NCBI GenBank assembly: GCA_028534125.1
Contig: CM052818.1
Coordinates: 18,106,001 to 18,170,000, forward strand
Length of the DNA stretch: 64,000 nucleotides
Direction: 5' to 3'
Source of the DNA: Lama glama
Taxonomy: Eukaryota
Below are positions 63,641 through 64,000 of this stretch, piece after piece. Both the position numbers and the translations under genes were made by a program. Below the pieces are notes generated by a model. It saw only the letters and a list, made by a program, of their open reading frames with translations. It made no database searches and was not told the origin of the DNA. Every line of letters begins with the position of its first letter. Within the stretch, counting starts at the first letter, position 1.

Positions 63641-64000
63641 TTGTTGTTGTTGTTGTTGTTGTTATGTATTCATTTCCTAAACTACTTAAGAGTGCCACCC
63701 TTAGCTAATGTCTCTCTTACGGTATCTAACTTAGAAGATCTTACTCCCTCCATTACTAGGGATTCTTAAACTAGTCTGAGAAGTCTATGAAAGGAACTAA
63801 AGATGATCCTAAGAAGTTAATTAATGAAAACATTTTATAGAATTATAGAACTGAAAGGAAATTAGAGATAGTCTGACCTAATGGTTATCAGAGATGGAAA
63901 TATCAATCAGGGTTACAGAAGGCATGTGATATGCATTCTGTCACTCCTAACACACACAGGCACACACGCACACACACAAAACCCAACCTTCCCACCTACA

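Overview
This is mammalian (eutherian) genomic DNA, AT-rich and CpG-depleted, not prokaryotic. Two tRNA-Ala-derived SINEs of the camelid vic-1 type and several cetartiodactyl-type L1 3' ends, with no Alu, B1/B2, Bov-A/BovB, PRE-1 or CAN-SINE recognised, point to a camelid genome (camel/alpaca/llama); this is an inference. The window looks intronic or intergenic. It is dense in ancient eutherian repeats: MIR, L2, L1M, MLT1 LTRs, hAT elements (MER20, MER33, MER5A, MER119, MER53), TcMar elements (MER47/Tigger5, MADE2) and a CR1/L3 remnant, many of them nested. I recognise no known protein-coding gene, rRNA, genuine tRNA or CRISPR array, and the supplied ORFs look like chance ORFs. The most notable observations are: (i) an unclassified ~390 bp unit present twice, 1 kb apart, whose second copy cleanly splits a MIR; (ii) a speculative three-exon minus-strand model at 28499-27197 with canonical, phase-compatible splice sites encoding a hydrophobic-leader, Cys-rich 136-aa peptide; (iii) a near-perfect MER53 hairpin; and (iv) several CpG-retaining or motif-clustered unique segments that may be regulatory. 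Repeat family names come from remembered consensus sequences, and boundaries are approximate unless a target-site duplication (TSD) or terminal inverted repeat (TIR) is quoted.
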